Below are positions 50,901 through 63,905 of a stretch of 64,000 nt of DNA, piece after piece. Under the pieces are notes generated by a model that worked only from the letters and a program-made list of their open reading frames with translations, did no database searches and had not been told where the DNA came from. The stretch is from Intoshia linei (taxonomy: Eukaryota; Animalia; Orthonectida), in NCBI GenBank assembly GCA_001642005.1, contig LWCA01000005.1, forward strand, positions 1 to 64,000, read 5' to 3'. Made by a program: the position numbers and the translations under genes. How positions within the stretch are numbered: position 1 is the first letter of the stretch; every line of letters begins with the position of its first letter.

Positions 50901-53900
50901 CCTAGAATAAATGATAGATATAATAAATAATAGACCCTGGTGGGTAAATACACATCTGGGAATCAGATTTATAAGATACTACCTAGTGTTCAAAATAATA
51001 ATAATGTTGCTTATAGAGTATTTTTGTGGTCCATCTTATTAATTCAGTGCACGATAGCAAAGTTTTATCATAACAAGGAAGGGCCAATTTGATGAGAAAG
51101 TTTTTTAAGATTTAAACTACATTTTCATTTAATTTATTATATTTTACTTTTAACATTATTTTTTCTCTTGTATACGAGTCAGTATTACTGACAATATATT
51201 GGACATAAATAAAAATAAAATTATTTATTAACAATAATTGTAAATATTGACAATAACTTCAAAACATTAATTAATAATATATTGTATTACTTACAATGTA
51301 AGTAGATTTGAACAGACAAAAATAACAAATATTATACATTAAATATCAAAATATGACAAATAATCAAATTACAAATGATATATCGCAGTGTTAGAGTTAT
51401 AATGTTCTATCTGCATTTTTGTAAAAAATGAGGTTTTTGATGAAAAATGTTTTAAATCATATTTTACATTTTTACCAAAAAAATTAAGCTTGAAACCGTA
51501 TTATTTTATGATATAACGAACATTTACTAATTCAATTGCTAAATCTCGACTTGATAATTCCTTACAAAATTATCAAATTCCTATTAAAAATAACCTCACA
51601 GATTCTAAAAAGAAAGATATTAAAAGTATGTTAATCAAAATGGACAATGAGTTAATAATTTTATAATTTAAACATAAATTGATAAAAATTAATTTTGATG
51701 ATTAAAACATTAAATGTTAACAGTTTCTATAGAATAATGTTCTATTTACAATTTTTTCAAATCAAATAGACAGATTGTTCTATTAGTGAAATTTAAGTTC
51801 TGAAAAACCCTTATGTTTTTATTTTTATCGTACGAAACTTTTCAATATACTTTAACAAATATTAAAAAACTAAATTGTATAATTAAATTTCAACATAAAA
51901 ATTATATTTTAGGCAATATAGTACTTTTAGACTTAAAGTCGATTAATGAAAAACTATGTTTTTGCAGATAGAACATTATAACTCTAACACTGCGATATAT
52001 TGACTACAATGTGTAAGTTGTTAAATTAGTTTATTAGCATACAATATTATAATTACTTATTACCTAAAAAAGGATACTTCCAGTGTATAACAATATGCAT
52101 ATTCGTCGAGAACTCCACCAAATATCCTTAATTGATATTAACATAATTAATTAAAATAAGAGAAACAGAAAATGTAATTATCTTTTTACCTACGACTAGT
52201 TCCAGCTTTTATTTCATCTTTGTTAAAACTTGTATTAGACATTGAAAAATCTTCGGTATTATTTGATAATAATTGGGGTAATATAGCTAATAATGTTTTT
52301 AATACATTAATTACATGTAAATGAGTTTAATTTTATATAAAAAGTAACTGGTAGATTCAAATTAAGTTTAGTAATACATAATGTATATTACCCTGTCTAT
52401 TAGCTCGAGTGACATCATCAAAAATATTTCCATACATGAAACCATTCTTCATTGTAGAATGTGCGTGAATGTCAATATAAAATTCAACATTGTTTACCTA
52501 ATAGTTTTATTTATAAATAAAATAAAAATTATTTATTAATATTATACATTTTTATATTAATTATTAATTAACTAGAAAATGTCGATATACTATTTAATTA
52601 AATTTGCAGCTCTATGCTTGCAAAATCTTACACTATTGTAAAGATTTTCAGTCAACATCAAAAAATATATAATGTTTATTAATTGCTTCCAAGCGGACCC
52701 CAGTGGAAAAAAGGCTGAGATAGATTGATCTATGATAATTGACACGATTTCATTTTTATAAGGGTTGAAGTAGGTAGCTAAAGATTTTATAAAAACAAAA
52801 AACAAAAAAGTTAATATCAATTAACTGATATTAATTAAAAATGTTTCTTTAAACAAAAATATCCCATAATTTTATATTATCGACACGTTAGTTTAAAATT
52901 TAGGTCTTAAATTTTGAGAAGAAATTGACTGTATGCAATCTGTGCATAGGTGCCGTCTGTAGAAACTGAAATTAAACATTATTGTTATATTCAAACAATT
53001 TTTGAAATAATAGTTTAAAACTTAAGTAATCGTGCAGCATCGCAGTTTCCATAAACTACAATATACCCATTCTCTGTCATCAACTATAAAAACGATAAAT
53101 TTAAATTATGTGGTACCAAAGTGTTAATTTATCATAACATAAAGGTGAAGCACCGTTTTGTGGGTATAATTTACAATTTATTAATACCATAAATGTATAA
53201 CGTAAATAATAAGTTAAATTCGTAACGCCGTAACATTTTATGCGTATTTTGAACCGAATTTATAGTCTAATTACAAGAATAGATTTTGTTGAATTTCAGA
53301 AATATCTGTTAACTACGTTCTTATCTCACTATTCAATCTATTTCAAAACCTCCATGAATTAAATATACACAAGAATCGTCAAAAAACAGATTTCCAAATT
53401 CTATCATATTTTTGGCGCGTAACGCCGTAACGTTTTTTAACTGAAAATCTACGTTTTAGTATTTACTGATATGTAAAATAGTGCCAATAACCATGTTGAA
53501 CGCTATCATATGCGCATTTTAAGTCCATATATGAGTCTTGGATATTATTTCCTGTAGGTCACTTAAATTGAAATATTTACATTTTATTTGCTAGATAATG
53601 GCTCAATAATATCATTTTTTCAAAATTTACCGAGAATTTTGTTCCGGTTTTTACCTGGTACAAAAACTTGTTGGTGTTAATAGTTTGACCCTTTGGGACA
53701 AAAAATATATGCCTGGGTCCATGAGATTTAAATAAACAATCAAAAAAATTTTATCAACTTTGGTTTATTTTTATAGGAGAATTTTTAATATTTATTACAG
53801 AGTTGTCAGATTTTAGGAATTTATCCCAAAACTTAAACGACCGCTACACTATTACTTAAAAAATCCCACTTTTATCCCACCATTATTAAAATGTAATAAT

Positions 53901-56900
53901 ATTTAATAAAAAATACCATTTTAAACCCTTAGGGAAAAATCGACTTAGGAAACCCCAAAATAAATAATCCCCTTTTTACAATAATTTTTTTGAAAAACAC
54001 GATTTTACCAATCCTGAAAGGAAATGTGCTTATTTTCCAATATATTTTTGAAAAATCTACTTATTCCAATATTTTCTTAAAAAACACCATTTTACCAAAT
54101 CTAATGAGAAAAACCTTTAATTTTTTCATAAATGTTTAATAATGAGCAAAAAATTTTTAATCAAACATAAAAAATCCAATTTTACGAACCATTAAGTGAA
54201 AAATCCACCTTTTCCAATATTTTCTTAAAAAACACTATTTTACCAAATCTAATGAGAAAAAACCATAAAAATAAATATTTTGAAATGGGGTCCGTACACT
54301 ATTTGAATTAGGAACCACTGTCTTAGAGCAAAATAATCATAGATTTTGTTAATCAATCCTATTATTAATTTTTTGACCAAATTTTTGTGGGTTTATTGAA
54401 GGCAAATTTTTTTTACCTAATTCTTAATGATTTTGAAGATAATTTTGGTCCCAAGATTTGGTAAGGTTATTAAGGTGATATTTTTAACATTTTATGACAT
54501 CTTCAAAATCATTAAAATTGGGTGAAAAATGTTTCCTTAAAACCCTACCAAATTTTAGTCTCAAAATCATCTTCAAAAATCTTTAAAATTGTGTAAAAAA
54601 AATTTCCCTAAAGAAATTCACAAAATGTAAAAAAATCAATATGATAAATTATTAAAATCGATGATTATGTTGCTCAAATCAATATCGCTGGAGTCCAGAG
54701 AATGGAGGTCATTGGCCGGCTACCTAGATATAATTCTAATTTATTAAAATAAATTTACCCTTTCTAAAAAATTCAATTAAAAAATATACTGTTATCAACA
54801 CTTTGAAAAATTTTTAATTCAAGAAATAGATGTGAAATTTAAATATATAAAATGAAATACTGGAGAATGTGTCAAATTTATAAGCAAATTTTTAGTAGCA
54901 CAAATGGTGGGATGAGCCCAAGGAGATGGATTTGACCAGTGCCTATTCAGATCGAATCCCATCAAACAGCACCTATTATAATAATTAGTATATTTGATTG
55001 ATTCACTGCAAGAAAATTATTTAAAATTAATTACCGATAATTTCCTAAATAAACGCCATCAGGGTTGAGCATGGGAACAATTTTAAAAATAATGTGTTCT
55101 CTTAAGTTTTCAGATTCTATGGTATTTTTTATTAAAAATTTGATTAATCCTTCACAGACATAGGATGCCGGTGTTTCACCAGGATGAACTCTGGCGGTAA
55201 TGACAACAATTTTGCAATTATTGGAATTACCAATGTTTTTTTCATTGGTAATTGTCAATACATCTACTCGTCTTTGTTGCTAAAATTACATATCAATAAT
55301 GACCATTTTAAAATAATTACAGTACTTAAACACAACAATTCTCGTTTATAATATGGTAAACCTTTTAGGTCCAAATTGTAGAGGAATGTTTGTAATTGAG
55401 AATAGGTGTATGGAAAACAGTATGCAAATTGATAATCTTCCTCAATATCAAAAGCGAATATAAAAGCCATTACATAATGATAATTGTAACGCGGAGATCG
55501 GTAATAATATACTTGATTTGAACGGATCCTCACCCTATTTTATCTTATTTATTTGTAATTATATCTCAGTAGTATTGATTCAGTAGTGATTTAAAAAACA
55601 TACAATATAAATATACAAAGTACATGTATGTGGATTATGATATATAATATAAAAAAATACAAAGGTCTACCAGGGTAAAATAAGTATTATTCTTTTAGAC
55701 TCTATCATTCCTTCCTTTTAACCCTCTCTTCTTATACTTTTTTTTTATTATGTATATTATACAAGCCATCATTTTTAAATTGATGATAAATTTAAACATC
55801 AAAGTCTAAAGCAGATGTTGTCAAAGTAGATGGTATATCCAAGAGTTGAACTAAGTCAGTTTCTTATTTTTACCATGAAATAACCATTATATTATAAAAT
55901 TTAACGAGTGATTTGTATTTTAAAATTCAAAAGTGAATACATGTGTTTTTTTTATTCAACAAATTTTAATAATGGGATATTTTTCCTCCGGAAAGAGTTC
56001 CACAACCTTTCGACGCAAGCAGGTTGGATTGGAAATTTTATTGCAAGTTTAATGCAAATGTAATTAAGTATTACCCGTAAAATAGTACTATGATACAAAA
56101 ATTTTACCATTGATTTCTGCTAGTACTTTTTACAACCGGCGACATACCGTCACGATAAAGTGATTTAGTTTTACTGCAATTTACGATATTGAAAATGGCT
56201 CTTTGATCCCTACATACATTTTTCACAATGAAATTGAACCATACACGATATTTATTATTGCAACTATCTGGTCGAATAAAAATGTCGTATTCAAAATCAG
56301 ATATGTAGACAACTTTACCCAAATTTCCTAAAAATAATTTATCAAATGGTACTCCTTATCTATATAAAGTAATTTAGTTAAAAATGTCTGTCAGTTTTTT
56401 TGTTCCAGTTTATTTAAGAAAGTAAGAGGATTCGAGTTTTAAAAATTCCATATTTCCATTACAATTTTTCGACAGTGTTGTTTTATCAAATTTCATTTTC
56501 AGAAATTAAGTTCTTCAAGGTCAAAAACCTCAATTGTCATTTTTTTTTAAATTCAAACCAGTCCTAGAATTATAAAAAATACACAATCTGATAAACATTT
56601 TAAATTCATCAAAATTATGATAATTTTCAATATCAAAATCTTATATCTTTACGGCCAAAACCCAAAATTATCCTTTTTTGTAAAAATTAAAAAAGTCCTA
56701 AAATTTTATACAACCTAAATTCTCGGATATTTTTTAAAATAATAAGCATTATCATAAATGGCAACCTCAAAAAATTGCATTTTCACCACGAAAACTCATA
56801 TTGCCATTTTTTTATAAATTAAAATAGTCCTAGAATTTTAACAAAAATTGACAGGTGGTACAGTTGTATCCTGTTAACACACATAAAAAATTTCAATCCA

Positions 56901-58003
56901 AATAGGTGACAACTTCACGGTAAAAAAAACATTTTAGTATTCATGTTTCCAAAATAATTTATTATAACAAAAAATGTAAAATAATTAACGGTCCGAAAAT
57001 TAAAAAAAAGAAAAGATTATTCTGATAGAGCTTATTCCAGTTGATATAAATACAAAATTTCAACCCCAGAAATCTACGCATTCCCGGTGAAAAATAATTT
57101 TTAATATATTATCAACCAATATTTTTCAATTATTTCGATAAAAATAAAAATTGAAAATGTAAATATTAATCCTACAATTTTTAAAAAAAATGTGCATTGA
57201 ATGTCTACACATTTCCAATAAAGAAATATGGGTGAAAATCTATATAATTCATTCTTTTTGAGTTTTTTTCATTGCTACGCAATTTTTCATTTTCAAAAAG
57301 TTTAAAATAACTTTGTATTAAATTTTTAAAACTACAAGTTGTAGTAACAATAAAATACTACAAAGTGCAACTTTGTTATTATCACTTTTATATTTATTAC
57401 AATGTTGGTAAAATTTATCCTAAATATGTTTTTAAAGTGCTGATTCCGTTAATTATTGATACTAAATTGATATTTTTTACTCATCGAAATTAGATACTGA
57501 ATATATACCACATTAAAAATGAAAATACCGGTTTATTTACAATTTTATTTTTTCTGGAATTTAAGCTATTTATGACAATTTTTAAGATTTATTGTTGACT
57601 ATATTTTTAAAATTATACACTCATTCTCTCTAATAAATTAAAAATATGGGATCACAAAATTGTTTTTAAATTCACTTGTGAAATGACTGGTCCGTGGTGA
57701 AACCTAGTTGATAATACTCTTATTATAAATGGATTTGAAAAATTTTTGTTAAGTTGAATTTATTTCGATTAACAAAGCTCCCACCTTACAAATTTTACTA
57801 AATTTTACCACTTTCAAAATTAGCATCAAAAATCAAATGTCCTTTTTGAATTTTTCCATGAAAGTCTTCCGGAACACTAGCAAAATCGGTTACATTTTTA
57901 TTAATTCCATGTTCAGAATTGGTAATATCTGTTTCACTGTCTAGATAATTATTATAATAAAATTAATACATCTTTAAACAAAATTGTGGATACCTGATTC
58001 CAT
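47989..58003 (-). CDS. AGBL4: Cytosolic carboxypeptidase 6 (tubulin deglutamylase); about 12 exons over 10 kb
   Basis: KGHLIFDANFESG|NLGKV...EYDIFIRPDSCN..YRVWFNF, NCSKTKSLYRDGMSP, FAYCFPYTY, ARVHPGETPAS, PMLNPDGVYLGNYRC, GFDLNRHW, IDIHAHS, KAGTSR, CYTLEVSF and YMKLGENVGKTLIDYY. All junctions checked are GT-AG. Confidence 0.93.
48618..50087. mobile_element. pogo-type element hosting nested hAT MITEs, in the last AGBL4 intron
   Basis: TA|CAGTGTCGCTCTCAAAGTGACCA and inverted TGGTGAGTTTTGAGAGCGATCACTA. Contains a CAGAGGTGGGGAA-family copy (about 48868-49324) and 49333-49890. Confidence 0.6.
49333..49890 (-). mobile_element. Internally deleted Buster element
   Basis: TIR CAGTGTTTTCCAA / TTGGGAACACTG; perfect TSD acttagat. 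Minus-strand remnant YPQLWKE...FSSLYMAVRRFSAVTQFLTK...MEPRINKL. Confidence 0.8.
51378..52000. mobile_element. MITE with perfect 38-bp terminal inverted repeats, in an AGBL4 intron
   Basis: atatatcgcagtgttagagttataatgttctatctgca (51378-51415) is exactly inverted at 51963-52000. Confidence 0.85.
53680..54320. mobile_element. hAT MITE with internal subrepeats; uninterrupted relative of 59867-62655
   Basis: The right end GGGGTCCGTACAC..TTTGAAT.AGGAACCACTG is shared with 62622-62655. The interior is colinear with 59900-59950 and 62287-62600. Confidence 0.65.
54326..54675. mobile_element. Foldback-type MITE
   Basis: Terminal IR gagcaa(a/c)ataatcat(a/c)gatttt (20/22 match). The interior arms are also imperfectly complementary. 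Confidence 0.65.
56353..57707 (+). mobile_element. Non-autonomous Helitron, about 1.35 kb, in AGBL4 intron 2
   Basis: Starts TCCTTATC...ATAAAGTAATTT and ends CTAG|T. The interior is shared with 7720-8678, 13140-13260, 24950-25185 and 63490-63905. Confidence 0.6.
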
Positions 58004-58264
58004 AATGTCAGACCTCGACCCTTTTACCTGAATTGTTTATGTTAACCTAGTAATTATTTTCATTAACAAAAATACATATTGATTTGCTATAACAACTATA
58101 TTTGAAGATTTATATCTGAAGGAAACTAAAAAGTGGATAAAAATTATCTTGCGTTAACGATTATTGAGTAATTACTCCAGTGTTATACAAATTCAGAACA
58201 AGTAAACTATTGTTCAACTTGTTAATGTAAATAAAATTTAGCTCATGAAAAATATATTGAAAAA

Positions 58265-61200
58265 ATGACTTTATATGAACAACTTTCAAACAAGTGTAAA
58301 AAATTTGTATCAGAAATTGAAATTTATAGGAACCAATCAAATTGGTTAAAAACTTATGAACTGGCATTAGAATATGGAAAGAAGAAATATGATTTGCAAA
58401 ATTATGCCAAATTGGTTAGCGTAGAATCAATGATTGAAAGATATATCCAAGATGATAGATCCAACAAGCATTCTAATGAAAACACACAAAATTGGATAGA
58501 CCAATTGGAGAATATTAAAAAATTACCCGATTTAATTGTATGTAAAATTTTGGAATATTATTAACTGATAATCTAGAAAAACGGCATATTAGATACCAAT
58601 ATATTATTGTCCAAATTATTTTGGTATATTAATCAGAAAAGTAAATCAACTAGCATTTATAACAATGACATTTTTAATTCTAATTACAGCGATTTTACTC
58701 CGAGAAATCGCAAACTGCTGGCGGAATCTCATGCTATTCAAGGTTTTTCCATTAATTTCCAATTTTTATCCAAATTTTTAGCTTTAATATTGGAGAGAAA
58801 TTTAACACGAGTCGATTCTTTACCTTTAAAAAATTGTTATAAAAGTTGCATGTGTATTTTGATGGAATCTATAAATGACGGTTGGAATTTAGATTTTATA
58901 TTAGAATCAGTTTCCTTTGTTTCAACATATGTTTTGTTGAATATAGACGAATCTAATTTACTCAACGACTCTATTATTAAATCAAGGAAAATGTCATCCT
59001 TACTCTGTTCTCTTGTAAACTACACATCGATTTATAAGGCTACTTTGGAACATTTAGCAAAAACATTACTTTTCCAAATAACTAATAATTCTTATCAAAA
59101 TATTACACTCGACTTGTCACAGAAAAGCGAAATTACTCAAAATAAAAAATCAGCTACGCCGTTACCCATTAGAAGCAAAATATACATTCCACACAATCGT
59201 GTTGAAGAATTGTACAATGTTGTACTCGTTTTACACAATATGATTACCCAAGATATAGTTCTCATTCAAGATGAAAAATTTGAAGAAATTCGGAGTGCTA
59301 CTTTAGATCGAGCTATAAGTGTGTCTTGTTTAATGGCATTGTTTATGACATTTAATTCCATGATTCCACTTTTTCAATTTTTTTTCTCCAAAATATACGC
59401 CATTTCAAGCGATGTTGTCTTTTCTAACAGATTGATGGTTTTATCTCGTATTTCTGATGGGAGGTTTAAGGAAGCTCTACAAATGTACCATTCTAACCCT
59501 CCTAATTACTCTCAAGATATTATTATGTTGAGACTCATGGTTATTGCTTGTTTCAGATTGCAACAGTATGAGGATGCTTTTGACATTTTAAAAGAAATGA
59601 AATGTTTCATTAGTCGCTTTTCTATAATTAACAAAAAAAATATTGAAATTGGTCACTATATTTATTTGTCTGCTATTGGTTATGTTCTTTTGGCAAGATG
59701 TTGCAAGGAGTCTAGTTCCAAACGAATATTTTATGAAACTTCGTTGAAATTTCTGAAAAGGTATTTTAGACCTACAGATAAATACAAATACTGTATTTAA
59801 ATTTTAAAGAACTGATTTTTAGTAAACTAAATAATTTTTGTTTACGTTTAAAGTTTTTTCTCAAGTCAGTGGTTTTCGATTGGGGTCCAAAGCTATACAC
59901 CTTGGGTTCGTGAGATTCATATAAATATATATAAAAAAATTTATCAACTTTTTAACAATATTAACCTGGGCGATAGCGCCCCTCCCCCCACTGGGTCGGT
60001 TTTATGATCGAATGGGGCAAAAAAAATTTTGAAGCGATATGGGGGGGGGGGGCGAAAATATTTTGATCGCATCAGTTGGGATTCCAATATAACATCAGAT
60101 TATAACCGTTCAATGAGCCTAGCTGGCACAGTCGTTATAGTCACATGATTATTTTGTAGAAAGGGTTTGTATTCATCTTTGGAATCTTTTTATTTATGTG
60201 AACTCGTTAGAATTAAACATTACATGCAATTTTAATTAACAACCTAATTAGTATTTATAATACAAATTTTTCGCAAAGTAAATTAATTAAACGAATATAT
60301 TATCGTTCGAATACATGAATATTAAAAAAAGATGCCGTTATCATTCTATTTTGATTATTTGAAATATGGAGTTATTCATTCACCAAATAATATACAACTT
60401 TCAATGTGTTTAATATGCGACAAAGTATTTTAGTTATTTAAATATATTTAATTATAATTCAAATTTTTTCAAATGAAGGAATGAAACCTTCATGAATGGT
60501 GGTTCATTTGAAAGGAAAGCATCCGGATATGGCTAAAAAAAATTTGGAATACTTTCGTAATTTAAAAATTAATGTGAAGGCCGATCTACTATCAATAATT
60601 TGTTTAATAAACAAAAAGATATTAGAAGTAAAGAACTTATAGTATCATATGAAATATTAAAGCTTATTGCGGAATGTAAAAAACCACACACCATTGGAGA
60701 ATCATTAATTATACCATCGTTACAAATTGTAATGAAAAGGATGATGCCTAATTTTGCTGATCTGTCGAAATCTATTCCACTGAGTACGGTATCATTAAGA
60801 ATAGACGAAATGGCTGCTAATGTTGAAACGAAACTACTTTGCTATTTAAGAAAGACAGAATTTTTAATACAATTGGATGAAAGTTTATAATATAACAATA
60901 ATGTGTTATTAATGGTTTATGTGCGCTATCTGAATGATGTTCAAGAAATTTCTGATGATTTACTATTTGTTTTCAAATCAGTATTAGACTATTTTAATGA
61001 AAGCAACATTTCAATAAGCAACGTCATAGCTTGTGCAACGGATGGGCTCCTGCCATGATAGGCCGACATCGTGGGTTTATCGCTCATTTAAAAAAATGAA
61101 ATTCGAAATTGTTTGTTATTGTTGTTACTGGACTGCATTTCAGAGACATGACGTGACTAATTTTGTTAATTTAAATACATTCAAAGACAAATATTTTATT

Positions 61201-63204
61201 TCTGAAGATGATATAATTTTCTACTGTTCGCATTTTGCATCATTAAAGAATGATATGGTCATAAGATTCAAAAACATTATTGAATTAGAAATACCAGAGT
61301 ATGCAATAAATCCATTCAATGTTGATGTTAATTCATTTCCATTGAATATTATTATTAGTAGAAGAATTGATTGACTTACAAAATAACATTGAGGGACAAT
61401 TCATTTTTAAACAAAAGGGTTACTCTACCTTATTTTTTTAAAAAAAGAATGCATATCCAAATCTTCGGAACGAAGTGAAATTGTTACTATTGGCCTTTCC
61501 ATCTACTTACCTTGTTAAGAAAGGTTTTAGCGTAGTAACTGATCTTCAATCAAAAAAGTGGAACAAACTACATTTATCAAAACGGGGTGACTTAAGATTA
61601 TGCTGAACAAATATGCTTATAATTTATCTTAAGGTCTCCTAAAATTAGATTAACATTTTCAAAAAGTTAGAAAAAGTGTCTACATTTATTTATCCCACAA
61701 ACATTGTTTAAACCTCAAAATAAAATGATCATAATAATTATAAAAAAAATATTTTCGTTATTATAAAATAAAGTAAATTGCAAATGATGCAGCTGAACTC
61801 GTTGTATTAAAATATACAAACATTTTTAATTTTTCTCCACAAACAGCAGGAATTTCACTTTTTGTAAAAAAAATTAAGAAAAACATGAAAATAAACTTAA
61901 ATTTAGTTATTTTTTGTTAATTACTTAATTGATCCACGCTGAGTCATTAATGAGTATTTCTCAAAATTAGTCATTGGATTGTCATTTTTTTCAAATTACA
62001 TCTAATCTACTGGGTATGTTTTTGAATTTCTTAAAAAAAATATTTGATGTGACACCCTAATGTGCAGTGCATTAGGGTGTCACACCCATCAAAGAATCAA
62101 GGATGGTTAGCGTGCAAATGATGTATTTTAGGGAAAAACCAATTAATGTACAATTTTATTTGACAAAGATATCTACTCGCTATGCGTTTAACATTTTAAA
62201 TAAACCATTACAAATCTTATAGTATATAATTAAAATATAACTTTATTTTTTTATTTTATTTCTTCAAAAAAGGTTAAGAACCACTGGCCTAAACGATCGC
62301 TACATTATTATTTCAAAAATCCCACTTTTATCCCATCATTAATAAAAAATACAATTTCAAACCCTCAGGGAAAATCCACTTGATCAAATTCTAAAATAAA
62401 AAATCCAATTTTACCACCCTTAGGGGAAAACTACTTTTCCAATTTTTTTTTATAAAAACACGATTTTACCAAAAATTAATGATACTTTTTAATCCAAAAT
62501 CGAATTTTACCAACTTTTAATGGAAAAATCCATTTTTTCTAATATTTTTGAAAAACACGATAATACATAATCTTTTGAGAAAAAAGTTTTAATTTTTTAA
62601 TAAATGTTATATATGACCTTTGGGGTCCGTACACAATTTGAATCAGGAACCACTGTCTTACTGAATATGTTCACTAACATGTTGTGATTGACTGTATCCA
62701 TATCAAAATATCTATAGTATAAATATAGATTAACCAAGGAATTTCCATTGATAGTGGACGGTCATTTTTATTCTTCTTTGGTTTATGGGGAATTGGGAAA
62801 CGTTCAAAGTGCTTTCAAACATATTCAAATATTTGTTCAATATAAACCAATGCACTCGTCCGGGTTACATTTAATGGCATTATTATTAACAGCATTGCAT
62901 CAATATAAAAAAGCCTTTAATACAATTTCATTTGCGTGCACCCAACATCCGTCATCTTTAAGGTTTATAATTTAAATTAAAAGCTAATTAATATTTAGTT
63001 TGTCTGAAGCAAAATGCAACTTGTTTAAATTTGTTTCTACTGAACGGGTTAAAGTATTACACGAATATTTGGATTTTTTAAAGTATTTATTTTTCTTTAT
63101 TCTAGTCTAATTCTAAAGTTAAGATTAACTAATAATCCAAATGGCAAAATACAAATGTAGCATCCCATGATTTTAAGTACATGGACATGAGCTCCTCTAG
63201 TCGA
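58265..63204 (+). CDS. TTC7: Tetratricopeptide repeat protein 7 (PI4KA complex scaffold); 3' end unresolved, probably continues past the window
   Basis: FVSEIEIYRNQSNW matches LETEIERCRSECQW. Also KLLAESHAIQG, YIPHNRVEEL and LHLMALLLTA..QYKKA..I..A..QHP. In-frame splices across 58538-58576 and the 2968-nt intron 59761-62728. Confidence 0.82.
59961..62286 (+). mobile_element. Buster-type hAT transposon, copy 2; left TIR clipped, internal deletion
   Basis: Left subterminus matches 20576 onward. The right TIR AGGTTAAGAACCACTG is complementary to the copy-1 left TIR and is followed by target gcctaaac. Confidence 0.8.
60315..61620 (+). pseudogene. Buster-type transposase pseudogene, copy 2
   Basis: MNIKKRCR..., KKPHTIGESLI, IQLDES, ACATDG and C-terminal YPNLRNEVKLLLLAFPSTYLVKKGFS...RGDLRL. 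The CxxH/RW block is deleted and there are multiple stops. Confidence 0.88.
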
Positions 63205-63489
63205 GGTCATATGACGGCCTACCATTCTAAATTAATATGTAATATTAGAATGATTTAATATTAGTAACTGAGCTGCAATAAGATTGTGATTGAATCACTG
63301 TTTTGTGTGTGACTATTAATTGCTTTGTAAGAAACAGTTGTATTAAATAAGTCACTGACAAAATATTTTAAATATACAAATCCACATTGTACAATGTTCA
63401 GAAATTTTTAGAATAAAATAGGGTCCAGCGAAAAAAGGTTGAGAAGCACTACTTTCAGGTGTCGCGGACTGTTAAAGAATAGTTCTGAA

Positions 63490-63905
63490 AAAAATGAATA
63501 CTAAAATGTTTTTTTGACCGTGAAGGCGTCACTTTGTCAGATTGAAATTTTTGGTATGTGCTAACTAGATAGAATTGTATCAGCTGTAATTTTTTTAAAA
63601 TATAGGACTATTATAAATTTAAAAAAAGGGTAATTTGTGGTTTTGGCCGTGAAAATATAAGATTTTGAAATTGAAATTTATCTTAATGTTGATTTTAAAA
63701 TTTTTATCAGATTATGTATTTTTCATTATTCTATAGTCAATTTCTGAAATTGAAATTTGCGATAAAACATTACCTTCGAAAAACTGTAATAGAAATATGG
63801 AATTTTTAAAACTCAATCCTTTTACTTTCTTAAATTAACTGGAACAAATGAATAAATACATTTTTAACTAACATGTAAATTACTTTATCAACAGGTAAGT
63901 AAGGA
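63490..63905 (-). mobile_element. Helitron 5' portion, 56353 family
   Basis: Minus-strand start A|TCCTTACTT...GATAAAGTAATTT, colinear with 56353-56960. Confidence 0.6.

Larger units (their letters stand above)
59867..62655. mobile_element. hAT MITE (53680-54320 family) interrupted by Buster copy 2, in a TTC7 intron
   Basis: CAGTGGTT...GGAACCACTG termini. The flanks of the inner element rejoin to match the uninterrupted copy near 53830. Confidence 0.7.

Noticed and set aside
53140-53700. Segment with repeated cgtaacgccgtaac (53221, 53418), possibly another DNA element
   Set aside because: Termini and TSD could not be defined from a single copy.
53940-54270. Regularly spaced direct repeats that could suggest a CRISPR-like array (also 48960-49150, 62320-62560)
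   Set aside because: These are degenerate AT-rich subrepeats inside hAT MITEs in a eukaryotic intron, with no constant repeat/unique spacer structure and no cas genes.
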